A stretch of 26,397 nt of DNA. It comes from Candidatus Auribacterota bacterium. Its GTDB lineage: Bacteria > Auribacterota > JACPWU01. The number at the start of each line of letters is the position of its first letter. Within the stretch, counting starts at the first letter, position 1. The notes under the pieces are model-generated. The model saw only the letters and a list, made by a program, of their open reading frames with translations, was not told where the DNA came from and did not search any database. Below are positions 26,201-26,397 of the stretch, in pieces. The position numbers and the translations under genes were made by a program. Location of the stretch: contig JAYRIK010000087.1 in the NCBI GenBank assembly GCA_041906865.1, forward strand, positions 1 to 26,397, in the 5' to 3' direction.

Positions 26201-26397
26201 ATGATTTCCCTATACGCTAAAACTGATGACGAAGAAATTTCAGCTGCTTTTCAAGAGTTAGGACCTGCTCAGGAAATTAAGCAAATTACTTTCCCATGGA
26301 AGGGGCAAGAAGTTCTGTGTGATGTCACAGGTTGGCAAAATGAACCGGGGCCTCAAAAAACTCCCGCATTTGCTCAACCCATCACAGACTCGGGAGA
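26201..26397 (+). CDS. Hypothetical protein, truncated by the window edge
   Basis: GAGGT RBS, then MISLYAKTDDEEISAAFQELGPAQEIKQITFPWKGQEVLCDVTGWQNEPGPQKTPAFAQPITDSG..., open to the window end. Confidence 0.6.
   Translation, partial: MISLYAKTDDEEISAAFQELGPAQEIKQITFPWKGQEVLCDVTGWQNEPGPQKTPAFAQPITDSG

Overview
AT-rich bacterial window from a diderm organism. A giant-protein header domain, a tandem-type NDK and hpnH suggest Omnitrophota or a related PVC-like lineage (inference only). Left to right: (1) a >=1837-aa minus-strand gene absent from the ORF track because it runs off the left edge, with a signal peptide, conserved header domain, GT4 glycosyltransferase, HExxCxxxxH motif and a beta-rich region; (2) a divergent orphan LuxC-type acyl-CoA reductase; (3) tRNA-Phe, ahpC and tRNA-Asp, with duplicated tRNA fragments, hairpin mosaics and a GIY-YIG nuclease gene whose stop codon lies inside tRNA-Asp; (4) ndk-aspC-icd; (5) a 47-aa DUF5679-like gene, LysM/outer-membrane barrel fusion, AsmA-family gene and hpnH; (6) a Tyr-rich secreted peptide and a Rieske ferredoxin; (7) an ECF sigma/anti-sigma pair divergent from a secreted-protein cluster (two tandem paralogues, DUF4139, VIT-vWA-TPR-DUF2135). 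The two divergent units each carry a matching GGAACTTTT-N11-GCGTCTAA promoter motif. At least four families of short palindromic or heptamer repeats recur, some in-frame inside genes. All calls come from manual reading and motif recall; no searches were run.
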